A stretch of DNA of 64,000 bases from Methanotrichaceae archaeon (GCA_963748825.1 CAVVKN010000018.1:87493-151492); one strand, 5' to 3'; positions 41,203 to 53,978 are shown, counted from the first letter of the stretch. The notes: generated by a model from the letters alone, not told the origin. Made by a program: numbers and translations.

Positions 41203-41883
41203 TTATGCTGAATAATTCCCGTCTTCCAGCAGCGGATCCCTGCATCCATTCAAGGCAAACGCTTCCTCCCTCTCGATGCAGGTGGGGCAGGTGCGGCAGG
41301 GCTTCTCCTCTCCTCTGTAGCAGGACCAGGTCAGATGGTAGGGCACCTTCAAGGCAAGACCCATCCTCACGATCTCCGCCTTGCTCATATCCACAAAAGG
41401 AGCCTGCAACTCTACGGGATGCCAGGCGGTAGCGAGCCGGATGGCAGGGCGCAGCGCCTGAACAAACTCTGGCCGGCAGTCGGGATAGATTGTGCTGTCA
41501 TTCTTGTGAGCCGCGTAAAAGACCTCGGGAATCTCATGAGCCTCAGCGTAGCCCGCCGCCACGGAGAGCATGATCATGTTGCGATTGGGCACTACTGTCT
41601 TTTTGGCGGCCTCCTGCGTGTAGTGGCAGCTTGGCACCTCCTTTCCTCCCAGCAACGCGCTGTCGCCCAAAAGGGAGGCCAAAGAGCTGAGATCGACGAT
41701 ATGATGCGTGATGTGCAGCTTTTCTGCAATCGCTTTTGCAGAGGCTATCTCTTTTTTATGCCTCTGGGCGTAGTTGAAGGTGAGAGCCGCCACCTCATAG
41801 CCGTCAGATCGCATCTTGTAGAGCAATGTGGTCGAATCCACGCCCCCGGAAAGAATTAAAACGCCTCTCATTATTTCCCTCAT
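41203..41883 (-). CDS. queC: 7-cyano-7-deazaguanine synthase
   Basis: SGGVDST, VPNRNMIML, YPDCRPEF, TWSCY...CRTCPTC. Confidence 0.95.
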   Translation of the reverse strand: MREIMRGVLILSGGVDSTTLLYKMRSDGYEVAALTFNYAQRHKKEIASAKAIAEKLHITHHIVDLSSLASLLGDSALLGGKEVPSCHYTQEAAKKTVVPNRNMIMLSVAAGYAEAHEIPEVFYAAHKNDSTIYPDCRPEFVQALRPAIRLATAWHPVELQAPFVDMSKAEIVRMGLALKVPYHLTWSCYRGEEKPCRTCPTCIEREEAFALNGCRDPLLEDGNYSA

Positions 41884-42212
41884 GCCTCGTACCCTGTGGA
41901 TGATTTATAAAGCGCTCGTATCTTTTCCGCATCCTCACCCGACATCTTCTCTTCCAGCATATCAATGAAAATCCCGGCAGATTCCGGAGATATGCAGAGC
42001 AGGCATTCTGAGCCATCCAGGATGCGTCCCGCGAGATAGCTCAGCTCCTGGCCGTCCAGCCTCTCCAGCCTTGCCTGAAAGTCTTCCGCATCCTCTGCAA
42101 AATGCATGGATACCGGCGGGAGAATGGAGCGATATTCTATGCGTGATTTGCCCTCGATCTCCGGTGCCATCTTCTTCAAGATCAGGATGTCTTTCTCGCT
42201 TAGCTTTCTCAT
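41880..42212 (-). CDS. Conserved hypothetical protein
   Basis: 110 aa; ATGA overlaps with both neighbours; YRSILPPVSMHFA, DGSECLLCI. Confidence 0.75.
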   Translation of the reverse strand: MRKLSEKDILILKKMAPEIEGKSRIEYRSILPPVSMHFAEDAEDFQARLERLDGQELSYLAGRILDGSECLLCISPESAGIFIDMLEEKMSGEDAEKIRALYKSSTGYEA

Positions 42213-43525
42213 ATAGATCCATCTTTGTCCTTTCCCAGAGGAGTTACCAGAATCTTGTCTACTTTTCGCTCATCCATGTCCACAACTTCAAAACGGTAGC
42301 CTCCCCACTCGAAGTGATCTCCAGTCGCAGGTATCTTCTCCAAATGCGTCATCACAAATCCGCCTAAGGTTATGTATTGACTCTCTTCCTCCTCCGGCAG
42401 CCCTTCCGGATCAACCATCTCTTTGAAGTCATCCACCGGAAGAGAACCGTCCACCAGCCAGGAGCCGTCCTGCCTCTTCACTACTTGCTGTTCTGCCAGA
42501 TCATCGATGTGCGGTATATCTCCCACCAGCCCTTCCAGGAGATCTACAAGGGATACTATCCCCTGCACCGATCCGTACTCATCCAAAACAATGGCCAGAT
42601 GAATTCCCGTCTGCTTGAACTTCTCCAGCACCTTCAGAGCCCTCATGCTCTCCGGGACGAAGAGCGGCGGCAGGAGAGACGATCTTAGGTCTACCTTTTG
42701 GTCGGCCAGATTGCAGCTCAGCAGATCCTTGGACTGGACCACCCCCAGTACGTTGTCCAGCCTCTTACTGCAGACCGGAAACATAGAGTATGCACCGCCG
42801 GCGATCTTTCGAGAAATCTCGGCTGCTGAATCATCGACTTCCAGCCACACAATCTCGCCTCTGGGGGTCATGATGGAGTTTACCCTTCTGTCCCCCAGAG
42901 AGAAGACCCTCTCCATGATATCCTGCTCCTCCTCTTCGATCACACCAGCCGTCGTTCCCTGGTCGATCAGGATGCGTATCTCCTCCTCGGTCACTGAAGG
43001 CTCGGTGTAGGCCTTCACCCCCAGCGCCCTCAGCACAAGATCGGTGCAGAAGCTGAGCAGGACAATTGCAGGAGAAACCAGGCGAGAGAAAGCTGCTAAA
43101 GGAGGGGCTGAAAGAGAAGCGAAGCGCTCCGAATTGCTCAGTGCGATTCTCTTGGGTACCAGCTCGCCTATGACCAGGCTAAAGAAAGTAATCAGCAGGA
43201 CGACAGCGACCAAGGCCAGGACGCTGCTGTAAGGGGAAAGAGCCGGAATGGAGCTGATGTAAACAGCCAGCTCATCAGCAATTGTTGCGCCTCCATAGGC
43301 CCCGGCCAAAGTGGTGATGAGAGTTATGCCGGTCTGCACGGCAGAGAGGAGGCGGTTAGGATTTTCGGCCAGTTCTAGGGCTGCCTTTGCACCACCATGG
43401 CCCTCTTCCGCCATGGCCCTGAGCCGGGCTTTGCTGGAGGAGACCACTGCAATCTCGGCCATGGAAAACGCGCCGTTGGCCAGGAACAGGAGAAAAATGA
43501 TTAGGATTTCAGTGAACATGGTCAA
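42209..43525 (-). CDS. Hemolysin-family (CNNM/CBS/CorC) membrane protein
   Basis: NGAFSMAEIA, GELVPKRIA, IMTPR, DEYGSVQGIV, TLGGF. Confidence 0.92.
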   Translation of the reverse strand: MTMFTEILIIFLLFLANGAFSMAEIAVVSSSKARLRAMAEEGHGGAKAALELAENPNRLLSAVQTGITLITTLAGAYGGATIADELAVYISSIPALSPYSSVLALVAVVLLITFFSLVIGELVPKRIALSNSERFASLSAPPLAAFSRLVSPAIVLLSFCTDLVLRALGVKAYTEPSVTEEEIRILIDQGTTAGVIEEEEQDIMERVFSLGDRRVNSIMTPRGEIVWLEVDDSAAEISRKIAGGAYSMFPVCSKRLDNVLGVVQSKDLLSCNLADQKVDLRSSLLPPLFVPESMRALKVLEKFKQTGIHLAIVLDEYGSVQGIVSLVDLLEGLVGDIPHIDDLAEQQVVKRQDGSWLVDGSLPVDDFKEMVDPEGLPEEEESQYITLGGFVMTHLEKIPATGDHFEWGGYRFEVVDMDERKVDKILVTPLGKDKDGSI

Positions 43526-43695
43526 TTGCCTTCGCTATCCATTTCGCTACATTTCCTTGAAAAAACCCCGGGCGGCTCATTCTAAAAGGTAAGCTACCTG
43601 GAAGTTATTTATAGCTTCGCCGAGAGTCGGCATCCAGAAAAAGGAAAGGTGATTTTTGTTTTGGCCTTCTTTTATTATTATCATTAATGGTTTGA

Positions 43696-44181
43696 TCAAT
43701 CTGTCCGCCCCTCTCCGTTCCCTAAATCCTGCAAGCTCTTTATCACAGCATCCACATGCCCTTTTACAGCAACCTTCCTCCAGATGCGGGCGATCTTTCC
43801 TTGCGGGTCGATCTGAAAGGTGGACCTGACCACGCCGTAGCTCTCCTTCCCGTACATCTTCTTTAGAGCCCAGGCTCCGTAGGCTTGCGTGACCTTGTGA
43901 TCCTGATCGCTCGCCAGCTTCACGCCCAGGCCGTGCTTCTCGGCAAATTTCTTGTGGCTGGCAGGAGAGTCGCGACTGATGCCCAAAACCTCCGCGCCCA
44001 GATCTCGTAGCGCCGGCAGAGCGGCTGTGAAGTCCACGGCCTCGCGGGTGCAGCCGCTGGTATTGTCCTTGGGATAAAAGTAAAGCACCAGCCATTTGCC
44101 CTGGTAGCTTTTCAGGCAGATCTCCTCTTCATCGCCGCCAGGCAGGCAAAACTCTGGAGCCGTATCTCCAACCTCGACCAT
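43696..44181 (-). CDS. bcp: Peroxiredoxin Bcp/PrxQ
   Basis: VLYFYPKDNTSGCTREA, VRSTF.ID. Confidence 0.93.
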   Translation of the reverse strand: MVEVGDTAPEFCLPGGDEEEICLKSYQGKWLVLYFYPKDNTSGCTREAVDFTAALPALRDLGAEVLGISRDSPASHKKFAEKHGLGVKLASDQDHKVTQAYGAWALKKMYGKESYGVVRSTFQIDPQGKIARIWRKVAVKGHVDAVIKSLQDLGNGEGRTD

Positions 44182-44689
44182 AATTGAACGCCTCTCTTTG
44201 ATAATTCCTTTAACTCCTGTTCTTGAAAAATAAAAGGTTTATGGGAGCTTGACGATCCGGTTGTACTCGTTTTGCTGAGATGCTGCGGCTTATACTTATT
44301 TTTCGTAATACTTCGGTGCTTGCATCGGGATCGGGGATAAGGGGAATGCATATCCAACTTGGGAATGGATCCGCTCGATAAAGTACCATCTTTATCCGGC
44401 GGCGCCTTGGATGTCCCGCAGCTTGCTGCGCGGGAGTACCAAGGTTTCACTATATTATTAATTTAAAATTTAAATGAATTATCGATCAGTACTAATGATA
44501 AGATTTATTTACTTGATAAACCTATAACCCTAAATGCGCTGTAATCGAATTGGTGTATGGAGCAATGATTATCTATGAATCCGTTGGATGGTTCAATTCT
44601 AGCAACATACTCTAAAGTATATTGGAGAGAAACTAATCGTCAGATATCTATTTGAAAATTATAAAAAACGTAGATTGGTTGGGAGGGGC

Positions 44690-47600
44690 ATGAGAGATTA
44701 TTTTCGTTTCAACTTGTTATTGGTATTGAGCATATCGATCTTGATATTACCTGCAAATTCAATAGTTGTTCCCGCTCCAGAGTGTTCCTGGCAGGGGACA
44801 AGCACAGTGAATTTGATGGCAGGAAAAAACACTGATTCCGGTGACGTCATAGTTTTCGTGCAAGATGGAAACTTAGTAGTAAGATATCAGACACAAAGTG
44901 AATGGAAGCTATACGAAACTCAGCTTTATGTGGGAACAAATGCCCCCACAGATTCAGCACCAGGCCAATTTCCATATAAGCATCAAAGCCTTGAGGGAAT
45001 TAGTACTGATGCATTCATAATTCCTCTCACAGATCTAAATGGTCTTGGAGTTGGCTGTGATTCCAATGCCCAAAAAACGATTTACATTGCCACTCATGCA
45101 GTTGTGAAGATCCCCGGCCAAGAAGAAACTGGTTGGGGAGCAGGCACGAGATTTGATCGGGGCTGGGCAATGTATTTCACCCTAGATTTAAAGTGCATAT
45201 GCTTAGGCAGCTTGATCGTTACCAAAACGGTCGACTGGAATGGTGCAACTCCCGATACTTCAAAGACCTTCACGATCTGCATTAAGGGCCCATCATTCCC
45301 TGCAGGAACCGAATCTGGTGCCTGCAAGACGATAAGATCAAATGGTGGACCATTAACCTGGGATAACCTGGTTCCCGGAACATACGCGGTAACTGAAAAC
45401 AATCCAGGCAGCGAATGGACTGTAACCGGTACAGGCAATATTCAGGTAGCCTCCGGTACTGCTACTCCTAAATCCATAACCAACACCCTCAAGCGAGGCA
45501 GCCTGAAGGTAACCAAATCTGTAATCGGTCAATGCGATCCCAACACCAAATTCGTGGTTACCATCAACGGTCCGAGTGGATCTAAGTCCCACGAATTCGA
45601 TTGCAGCGGTGGTGACTATGTCTTCACCGATCTCATACCAGGTGAATATACAATAACCGAGGCAGCAATTGAAGGCTGGTCTACCTCGATTTCAGGCTCA
45701 CCAGCCAAGGTGGTCAAAGACACCCAAGCCACAGCAACCGTAACCAATACTCTGGACACGAGCAGCCTGAAGGTAACCAAATCTGTAATCGGTCAATGCG
45801 ATCCCAACACCAAATTCGTGGTTACCATCAACGGTCCGAGTGGATCTAAGTCCCACGAATTCGATTGCAGCGGTGGTGACTATGTCTTCACCGATCTCAT
45901 ACCAGGTGAATATACAATAACCGAGGCAGCAATTGAAGGCTGGTCTACCTCGATTTCAGGCTCACCAGCCAAGGTAGTCAAAGACACCCAAGCCATAGCA
46001 ACCGTAACCAATACTCTGGACACGAGCAGCCTGAAGGTAACCAAATCTGTAATCGGTCAATGCGATCCCAACACCAAATTCGTGGTTACCATCAACGGTC
46101 CGAGTGGATCTAAGTCCCACGAATTCGATTGCAGCGGTGGTGACTATGTCTTCACCGATCTCATACCAGGTGAATATACAATAACCGAGGCAGCAATTGA
46201 AGGCTGGTCTACCTCGATTTCAGGCTCACCAGCCAAGGTAGTCAAAGACACCCAAGCCACAGCAACCGTAACCAATACTCTGGACACGAGCAGCCTGAAG
46301 GTAACCAAATCTGTAATCGGTCAATGCGATCCCAACACCAAATTCGTGGTTACCATCAACGGTCCGAGTGGATCTAAGTCCCACGAATTCGATTGCAGCG
46401 GTGGTGACTATGTCTTCACCGATCTCATACCAGGTGAATATACAATAACCGAGGCAGCAATTGAAGGCTGGTCTACCTCGATTTCAGGCTCACCAGCCAA
46501 GGTAGTCAAAGACACCCAAGCCATAGCAACCGTAACCAATACTCTGGACACGAGCAGCCTGAAGGTAACCAAATCTGTAATCGGTCAATGCGATCCCAAC
46601 ACCAAATTCGTGGTTACCATCAACGGTCCGAGTGGATCTAAGTCCCACGAATTCGATTGCAGCGGTGGTGACTATGTCTTCACCGATCTCATACCAGGTG
46701 AATATACAATAACCGAGGCAGCAATTGAAGGCTGGTCTACCTCGATTTCAGGCTCACCAGCCAAGGTAGTCAAAGACACCCAAGCCATAGCAACCGTAAC
46801 CAATACTCTGGACACGAGCAGCCTGAAGGTAACCAAATCTGTAATCGGTCAATGCGATCCCAACACCAAATTCGTGGTTACCATCAACGGTCCGAGTGGA
46901 TCTAAGTCCCACGAATTCGATTGCAGCGGTGGTGACTATGTCTTCACCGATCTCATACCAGGTGAATATACAATAACCGAGGCAGCAATTGAAGGCTGGT
47001 CTACCTCGATTTCAGGCTCACCAGCCAAGGTAGTCAAAGACACCCAAGCCACAGCAACCGTAACCAATACTCTGGACACGAGCAGCCTGAAGGTAACCAA
47101 ATCTGTAATCGGTCAATGCGATCCCAACACCAAATTCGTGGTTACCATCAACGGTCCGAGTGGATCTAAGTCCCACGAATTCGATTGCAGCGGTGGTGAC
47201 TATGTCTTCACCGATCTCATACCAGGTGAATATACAATAACCGAGGCAGCAATTGAAGGCTGGTCTACCTCGATTTCAGGCTCACCAGCCAAGGTAGTCA
47301 AAGACACCCAAGCCACAGCAACCGTAACCAATACTCTGGACACGAGCAGCCTGAAGGTAACCAAATCTGTAATCGGTCAATGCGATCCCAACACCAAATT
47401 CGTGGTTACCATCAACGGTCCGAGTGGATCTAAGTCCCACGAATTCGATTGCAGCGGTGGTGACTATGTCTTCACCGATCTCATACCAGGTGAATATACA
47501 ATAACCGAGGCAGCAATTGAAGGCTGGTCTACCTCGATTTCAGGCTCACCAGCCAAGGTAGTCAAAGACACCCAAGCCATAGCAACCGTAACCAATACTC

Positions 47601-50600
47601 TGGACACGAGCAGCCTGAAGGTAACCAAATCTGTAATCGGTCAATGCGATCCCAACACCAAATTCGTGGTTACCATCAACGGTCCGAGTGGATCTAAGTC
47701 CCACGAATTCGATTGCAGCGGTGGTGACTATGTCTTCACCGATCTCATACCAGGTGAATATACAATAACCGAGGCAGCAATTGAAGGCTGGTCTACCTCG
47801 ATTTCAGGCTCACCAGCCAAGGTAGTCAAAGACACCCAAGCCACAGCAACCGTAACCAATACTCTGGACACGAGCAGCCTGAAGGTAACCAAATCTGTAA
47901 TCGGTCAATGCGATCCCAACACCAAATTCGTGGTTACCATCAACGGTCCGAGTGGATCTAAGTCCCACGAATTCGATTGCAGCGGTGGTGACTATGTCTT
48001 CACCGATCTCATACCAGGTGAATATATGGTAACTGAAGCGCCACTTGTAGGCTGGTCTACTTCGATTTCAGGCTCACCAGCCAAGGTGGTCAAAGACACC
48101 CAAGCCACAGCAACCGTAACCAACACTTATAGTCCAATCGGAGGAGCCTTCAAGATCTCTGGAACAAAGTACGAGGACCTGAATGGTGACGTGGCGAAAG
48201 ATTCCTTTGATCCTGGTCTCAGCGGCTGGACGATCTACCTTGACTCTAATAATAATGGAGTGCTGGACGAAGGTGAACAATTTAAAGTGACTAACGCTGA
48301 CGGCAAATTTCTATTTGAAGAGCTAACGCCAGGCACCTACATCGTCCGCGAGGTTCTGCAGACCGGCTGGAAACAAACAGCACCTGTAAAAGGTTTTGCT
48401 GATGTGACTCTCACAGTGCAACATCCAGTTCAAACTGTGGATTTCGGAAATTGGAAAGGACCAGGTCCCATTCCGCCCTCTCCTCTCGTGGTCACGAAGA
48501 CAACTCCACCCGTGACTTTAATTCCGAATATGGAGACTACCTTCACCATCATAGTGGAGAATATCGGCAAGATAGAAATCCACGATATCAAGATCGTTGA
48601 CGAGCTCAGTCCAATGCTGGTATTTATTCCCCCTGCAAAATATGGCGATATAGTAATCCAGCACACCATTGAAGGCGACAAGCTGAACTTTGATCTGGGA
48701 CCTCTCGGCTCTCTGCAACCAGGGAATTCTTGGGCAATCACTTACAAAGTTAAATTGAGTCCAGAAGCCTGTAGCGCAGCTTCGAGCATAACCACCTTGC
48801 CTCCCATCATAACTGCTGGGGATACAAAGCTGAACGTCATGGCTGCAGCAAGCGACCCTGCCAACATACTGCAGATAATTGACGCTCTATCCAGGAATAA
48901 GACCAAGCTGGAGGCCAAGCTGGAAAGCATCAAGAAGCAGCGCCACACATTCGATAAGGCCGGCGCAACTCTAGAATCTGGCACAAAGAGCATTGCTGGT
49001 ACGAACTACACACTAAACAACTATACGAATATTTCGACAGGTGAGATCCTGAAAGAGCAGCTTAATACCACAGGATTCCTGGTATTGTCTGAGTACACCA
49101 GGCCAGCCAAGTACGACCTCCTGACCACGACATACGGTATGAATGGCGAGGTGCTCTCAGACTTCTATAACTTCTTGCCGACTAAGGAGACTCTAAAGAT
49201 AGAGTACAATAAGCCTGAAAAAGGCTATAGAACCTACACAGTAAGGTACTATGCCACAGGAGACACCCTGATCATAACGGTTGACCCCTATGGCAACGTG
49301 ATCGATAAGCAGTACAGAAAAACTCCCGGAGTAGCGGAACCGAAATATCTAACGAATTGCGCCACAGCATATGGCAAAGTGGGGGAACAAGAAGAATCAG
49401 TAGAGAGCAATAGGGCATGCGTTGATGTGGAATGGAGCTGCATGTCTCCTCAGCCATTGCTAGGTCTTGAAGGTTACTAAGGTGGCGGACCGCGAAGTTG
49501 CTATAGTGGGAGATTTAATCAAGTACACATACACCGTAGAGAACACCGGCACCATAGCGCTCAACTCCTTGACCCTCAACGATGACAAGCTGGGCATTGT
49601 CGTGCTCAACGATCCTGACCCATTAGATCCGGGCGAGTCACGCACCTACTATGCGATACTACACAGTGAAAAATGGAGATGGGCCAATATTGAAGAATAC
49701 AGTTGTGGCCACTGCATTAGATCCTGACGGAAATCCCGTCGATTCGAAGGCAACAGAAGATGTGAAAATCGTCCCAAGCTGCTTGACCAAAACCGCCTCA
49801 CCCAAGGTTGTGAAGCCAGGGGACTATGTGACGTATAACATAACATGGTACGTTGTCCAGGATACAAGATTGTGGATGACTATCCAAGAGGCGTGTACTT
49901 TCATATCTGCTTCCCCAATGCCCGTTGATGATGGCAAAAACAACCAATGGAGAATAGATGGGCAAGGATCTGGAACCATTATTATCCTGGTCCAGGTAGC
50001 ACAGGACATCGGCAACACCTCCTTTGACATGGGCCAGGGTGTGACGGGAACGGGATTTGTGAATGTTCACAATGATATTCGCACTAATCCAGTCATATTG
50101 AAGAACAAAGCAACCCTGTTCCGACGAGAATAATGCGGCAGTTATGCACAGCATACGCCGACGTCAACATCGGCCCGCCCCAGACCTATGCCGCCCTCAA
50201 GGAGCACGGCAGCGGCAACTACGCCAGCGAGGACGTGATCAAGTACCAAAACTCCAATCGCTCCATTGAGTGGAACAAGAGCCTGACTGCAACATATAAG
50301 CCAACCACTTTCTACCTGCCCAATAATCGGGATATCAACTACAAAACCAAGTGGATCGAGAAGGCCAAGTCCAAGAACTATGCCACAGGAGGTTCTACCA
50401 ACGAGGAGTACACCTACGCCAACCGCATCAACCGTGACAGCTCCCTGAAGCTGGACGAAAATGGCAGCACAATGATCACCGAAACCGACTTCGAGGGCGT
50501 GGGCCACATAGGCCTCCTCAAGAAAGATGCTGATGCGAATAGAACGTGGAATGCCAGCCAGATCTTCGAGTCTCAGGAGGACTATGTGGGCAGCTTCAAG

Positions 50601-52031
50601 ATCAACCAGAAGTTCGATGAATACGGTAAGAATGTAGAGTATGAGAAATCCGTTAGCGGCATTGGGTACGTGGCCGGTGACAGGAATATTGGAAACAGCC
50701 AGAAATCTTATGAGTCGGGCACGGGCAAGTATCAAAGTGAAGAGAAGATCAGTACAGTCGTCAACTACATCGCCAAGGATATCAACCTCACTCACTTGCC
50801 GACCAGCTACACTTACACGCCCACCTTCTCCACATCCAGCGACTTGAAATGGAATGAGGGTATGTGGTCCAAGACCCCCACCAGCCTGATCAGCGAGAGG
50901 TTCTCCTCGGCAGAGAACCTGGATCTGCAGTCAACTGCCCGAGGCCTAAACGAGATGGTAACCGAGGCCAGCGTGACCGGCCAGGCCGATTTCCGGACGG
51001 TCTACAAGGACAATTCTCGGAATCGCACAGATGAGATCGATCAGGATGAGCAGTATGTCGGAAAATTCGAGATCAAGAGAAAGACCTCCCTTGGCGGCGT
51101 GGCCAAGTATGACCGACCGCATCTCTCTTTGAGTAAGGTGGCCAAGGTAGACCTGCTTAACACAACCTTTGCCGACTACAGGATAACCATCGAAAACAAC
51201 GGCAACCGGGCTCTAGAGCCGGTCTATGTGAAGGACGTCTTCCCGACGGGAACCGAGTACATCACCTCTTCTCTGCGGCCAGCAGAGCTGACGACAAGCT
51301 ATGCCAACTGGTCGCTGCCTTTCATGGGCATCGGCAGCAAGGTGATCATAGATTTGCGGCTGAACATCACCGAGGAGCCATCCAATCTGGTCAACCGTGT
51401 AGAGGCCGCAGGCAAGTACGCCGAGAGCTGGACAATGGGCAGGAACTTCTCCGTAGTCCGCCTGAACTGGCTGACCTGCTGTCCGCCCCAGATCTCTGCT
51501 ACCAAGACCGCCAAGGTCGATGCTCTGGACCCGAAGGTGGTCTGGTACAGCTTGAACCTGAAGAACAGAGAGAAGTACACCATGGTCGCTTTCTTAATGG
51601 ACCAGCTACCCATGCCCATGAAGCTTCTCAACTCATCTCTGGAGCCTTCTGAGAACAGGTCCAACCTCATCACCTGGACCATCCTGGATCTGGCCCCAGG
51701 AGAGAGCAGGACCATCACCTACCGGGCAAGGGCTGAGAAGGATGGCGTCTATGTTAACGTGGCCCACATCGAGGCCTTCTCTGTGGACGGGCCGGATGGG
51801 GCCGCGGCAGATGTTGAGGCGCGAATCGATCTGGGCAAAGGAGGAGCATTGCCTTCGTCCTCATCCTCCGACTGGCAGCCGCCGACGTGCTTCGGCCTCA
51901 ACTGCAGCGGGCAGATCTACAGCGAGGACTGGGTCCCCTGCTACACCTGCGGGACAGGCGAACCAGGGAACGCAGTGGTCCTGCCATCCTGTGCCTCGTG
52001 CGTAGATACAGGAGATGATAATCTACCTTGA
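44690..52031 (+). CDS. Giant secreted surface protein (CnaB/SpaA-type repeats, SdrD-B-like domain, DUF11 domains, Cys-rich tail), split by probable indel errors
   Basis: ORFs 44675-49480, 49467-49727, 49651-50133 and 50133-52031 overlap or abut and continue DUF11-like domains across frame changes; single N-terminal signal peptide. Confidence 0.8.
45500..48128 (+). repeat. Intragenic tandem repeat, 10 x 264 bp (88 aa)
   Basis: Unit AGCCTGAAGGTAACCAAATCT... recurs at 45500+264n up to 47876; units nearly identical, last one diverges. Confidence 0.97.
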
Positions 52032-52290
52032 AAAGCCACCTGCAGTTCTCTCGGACTTCTTAAGGTGGAAGGCGCCCTAACTGGAATCAAAGGATGTGGG
52101 GGGCCAACAAGTGAGCTACCCCTACACCATATTCCGTTTTGCTCTAGCTCTCAGTCCTAAAGACAAGTTGAGGGCAGCTTTATTTTTATTTAATTTTATG
52201 GCCATGATTGGTTAAAGAACAACCTTTATATGGTAATGTTGGTAATATGCCAAGATTATAAGGCATCACTAAGGAGAATACCAGATCAAC

Positions 52291-52749
52291 ATGGGCAATA
52301 GCTTGGAACTGGACGAAGTAGATCGAGCCATTCTTCGTAGTCTTCGAGAGAATGCGCGCATGAGCTTGCAAGAAATATCAAGAAGATCCGGCATCTCCGA
52401 TGCGACAATACAGTTCCGCCTCAAACGCATGAAAGCCAATGGGGTTATTGAGCGATTCACCATAACAGCCAATCCGACAGCTACGGGCTATGCTGTGACT
52501 GCGATTATGCTTGTGCAGACAGACAATGAAAGACACGACCAGGCAGTTGCCGCTCTGACGAAGATCCCCGAGATAACTGAGGTTTATGGAATACTGGGTG
52601 AGTATGACCTATTCCTCAAGGTCTGGTCCAAAAGCCTCGAGGAACTGAATACCCTCATAAACGATCACATAAGATCGATTGAAGGCATTGAAGACCTGCA
52701 TGAAATCGTGGTGGTAGAGCGAGTAAAAGAAGAGACATCTCCGGTTTAG
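52291..52749 (+). CDS. Lrp/AsnC transcriptional regulator
   Basis: LDEVDRAIL..LRENARMS, RLKRMKANGVI, GEYDLFLKV. Confidence 0.92.
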   Translation: MGNSLELDEVDRAILRSLRENARMSLQEISRRSGISDATIQFRLKRMKANGVIERFTITANPTATGYAVTAIMLVQTDNERHDQAVAALTKIPEITEVYGILGEYDLFLKVWSKSLEELNTLINDHIRSIEGIEDLHEIVVVERVKEETSPV

Positions 52750-52757
52750 AGGTTGGA

Positions 52758-53978
52758 ATGGCTACATTCAGGAGCATTACGGAGAAAGCAAAGAGTTTGG
52801 GCCCACTGCTGGCAAACGACTTGAGCCAAAGCGCTGGAAGAGGAAAGAAGAAGGGAGATCTTTCCTCGAAAAATAAAGGATCTAACTCCGATATCCTAGA
52901 ACTCGCAGTACATCCGCTGCCGATGGCAAGCGAAAAGCCCCTGGAAAGGCCAAAGATCACCATAATTGACTATGATGAACAGCATTATCACGAGGCAGAG
53001 GTCAAAGAGGTAGAGGAGTGCTTCAGGTTCAAAGATAAGCCCACGGTAACCTGGATAAATATTGACGGCCTTCATCAGATGGATGTCTTAGAGAAACTCG
53101 GATTATGTTATGGAATTCATCCACTGGTCCTGGAAGATATCCTGACCGATCAGCGTCCTAAAATTGAGGATTATGACGATTACATATTCATCGTGCTCAA
53201 GATGCTCTACTACGATGAAGAGAGTGATAAAAAGACAGATGCCGAAGATGATGAAGACGATGAAGACGGCATGGGAGATACTAATTTAGATATGGATCAG
53301 GTCAGCATGATCCTTGGACCAAATTTTATAATATCTTTCAAAGAAAAAGAGGTTGATGTTTTTAATCCCTTGCGAGATCGGCTGCGCACAGCCAAGGGCA
53401 GAATAAGAAAGCAAGGCGCAGACTACCTGGCCTATTCAATGATTGACGCCATCGTGGACCACTATTTCTTGATCATGGAGAAGCTCGGGGATCGGTTCGA
53501 GGATCTGGAGGATGCGGTGGTGTCCGACCCGGAGCCGGGCATTCTTCCTACCATCTACAATCTGAAGCGAGATATGCTGTTCCTGCGAAAGTCTGTCTGG
53601 CCTTTGCGAGAGGCCATCAGCAAGATGCAGAGGAGTGATTCGCCGCTCGTCTCAGAAGCGATCAAGATCTACCTGAGAGATGTTTACGACCATACCATTC
53701 AGGTGATCGAAAACATCGAGACCTTCCGCGATATGTCCGCCTCGCTGCTGGAAACATACCTCTCCAGCCTGAGCAATAAGCTCAACGAGGTGATCAAGCT
53801 CTTGACCATCATTTCCACCATATTCATTCCCCTCACCTTCCTGGCGGGGCTGTACGGAATGAATTTCAAGTTTATGCCTGAGCTGGAGTCCACTTGGGGC
53901 TACCCGGCCGTTTTGATATTAATGCTGCTGGTAGTGGTGGTAATGATGGTTTACTTCCGGAAAAAGGAATGGATTTGA
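52758..53978 (+). CDS. corA: Magnesium/cobalt transporter CorA
   Basis: WINIDGLH, QRPKIEDY, PLTFLAGLYGMNF. Confidence 0.95.
   Translation: MATFRSITEKAKSLGPLLANDLSQSAGRGKKKGDLSSKNKGSNSDILELAVHPLPMASEKPLERPKITIIDYDEQHYHEAEVKEVEECFRFKDKPTVTWINIDGLHQMDVLEKLGLCYGIHPLVLEDILTDQRPKIEDYDDYIFIVLKMLYYDEESDKKTDAEDDEDDEDGMGDTNLDMDQVSMILGPNFIISFKEKEVDVFNPLRDRLRTAKGRIRKQGADYLAYSMIDAIVDHYFLIMEKLGDRFEDLEDAVVSDPEPGILPTIYNLKRDMLFLRKSVWPLREAISKMQRSDSPLVSEAIKIYLRDVYDHTIQVIENIETFRDMSASLLETYLSSLSNKLNEVIKLLTIISTIFIPLTFLAGLYGMNFKFMPELESTWGYPAVLILMLLVVVVMMVYFRKKEWI

Noticed and set aside
45500-48128. Long repeat array as CRISPR or DGR template/variable repeats
   Set aside because: Units are contiguous, in frame and have no spacers; variation is C/T at one codon rather than adenine-specific; no cas or reverse transcriptase gene in the window.
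53210-53285. Acidic low-complexity insert in CorA
   Set aside because: Lies in a variable loop; no evidence for a separate function.
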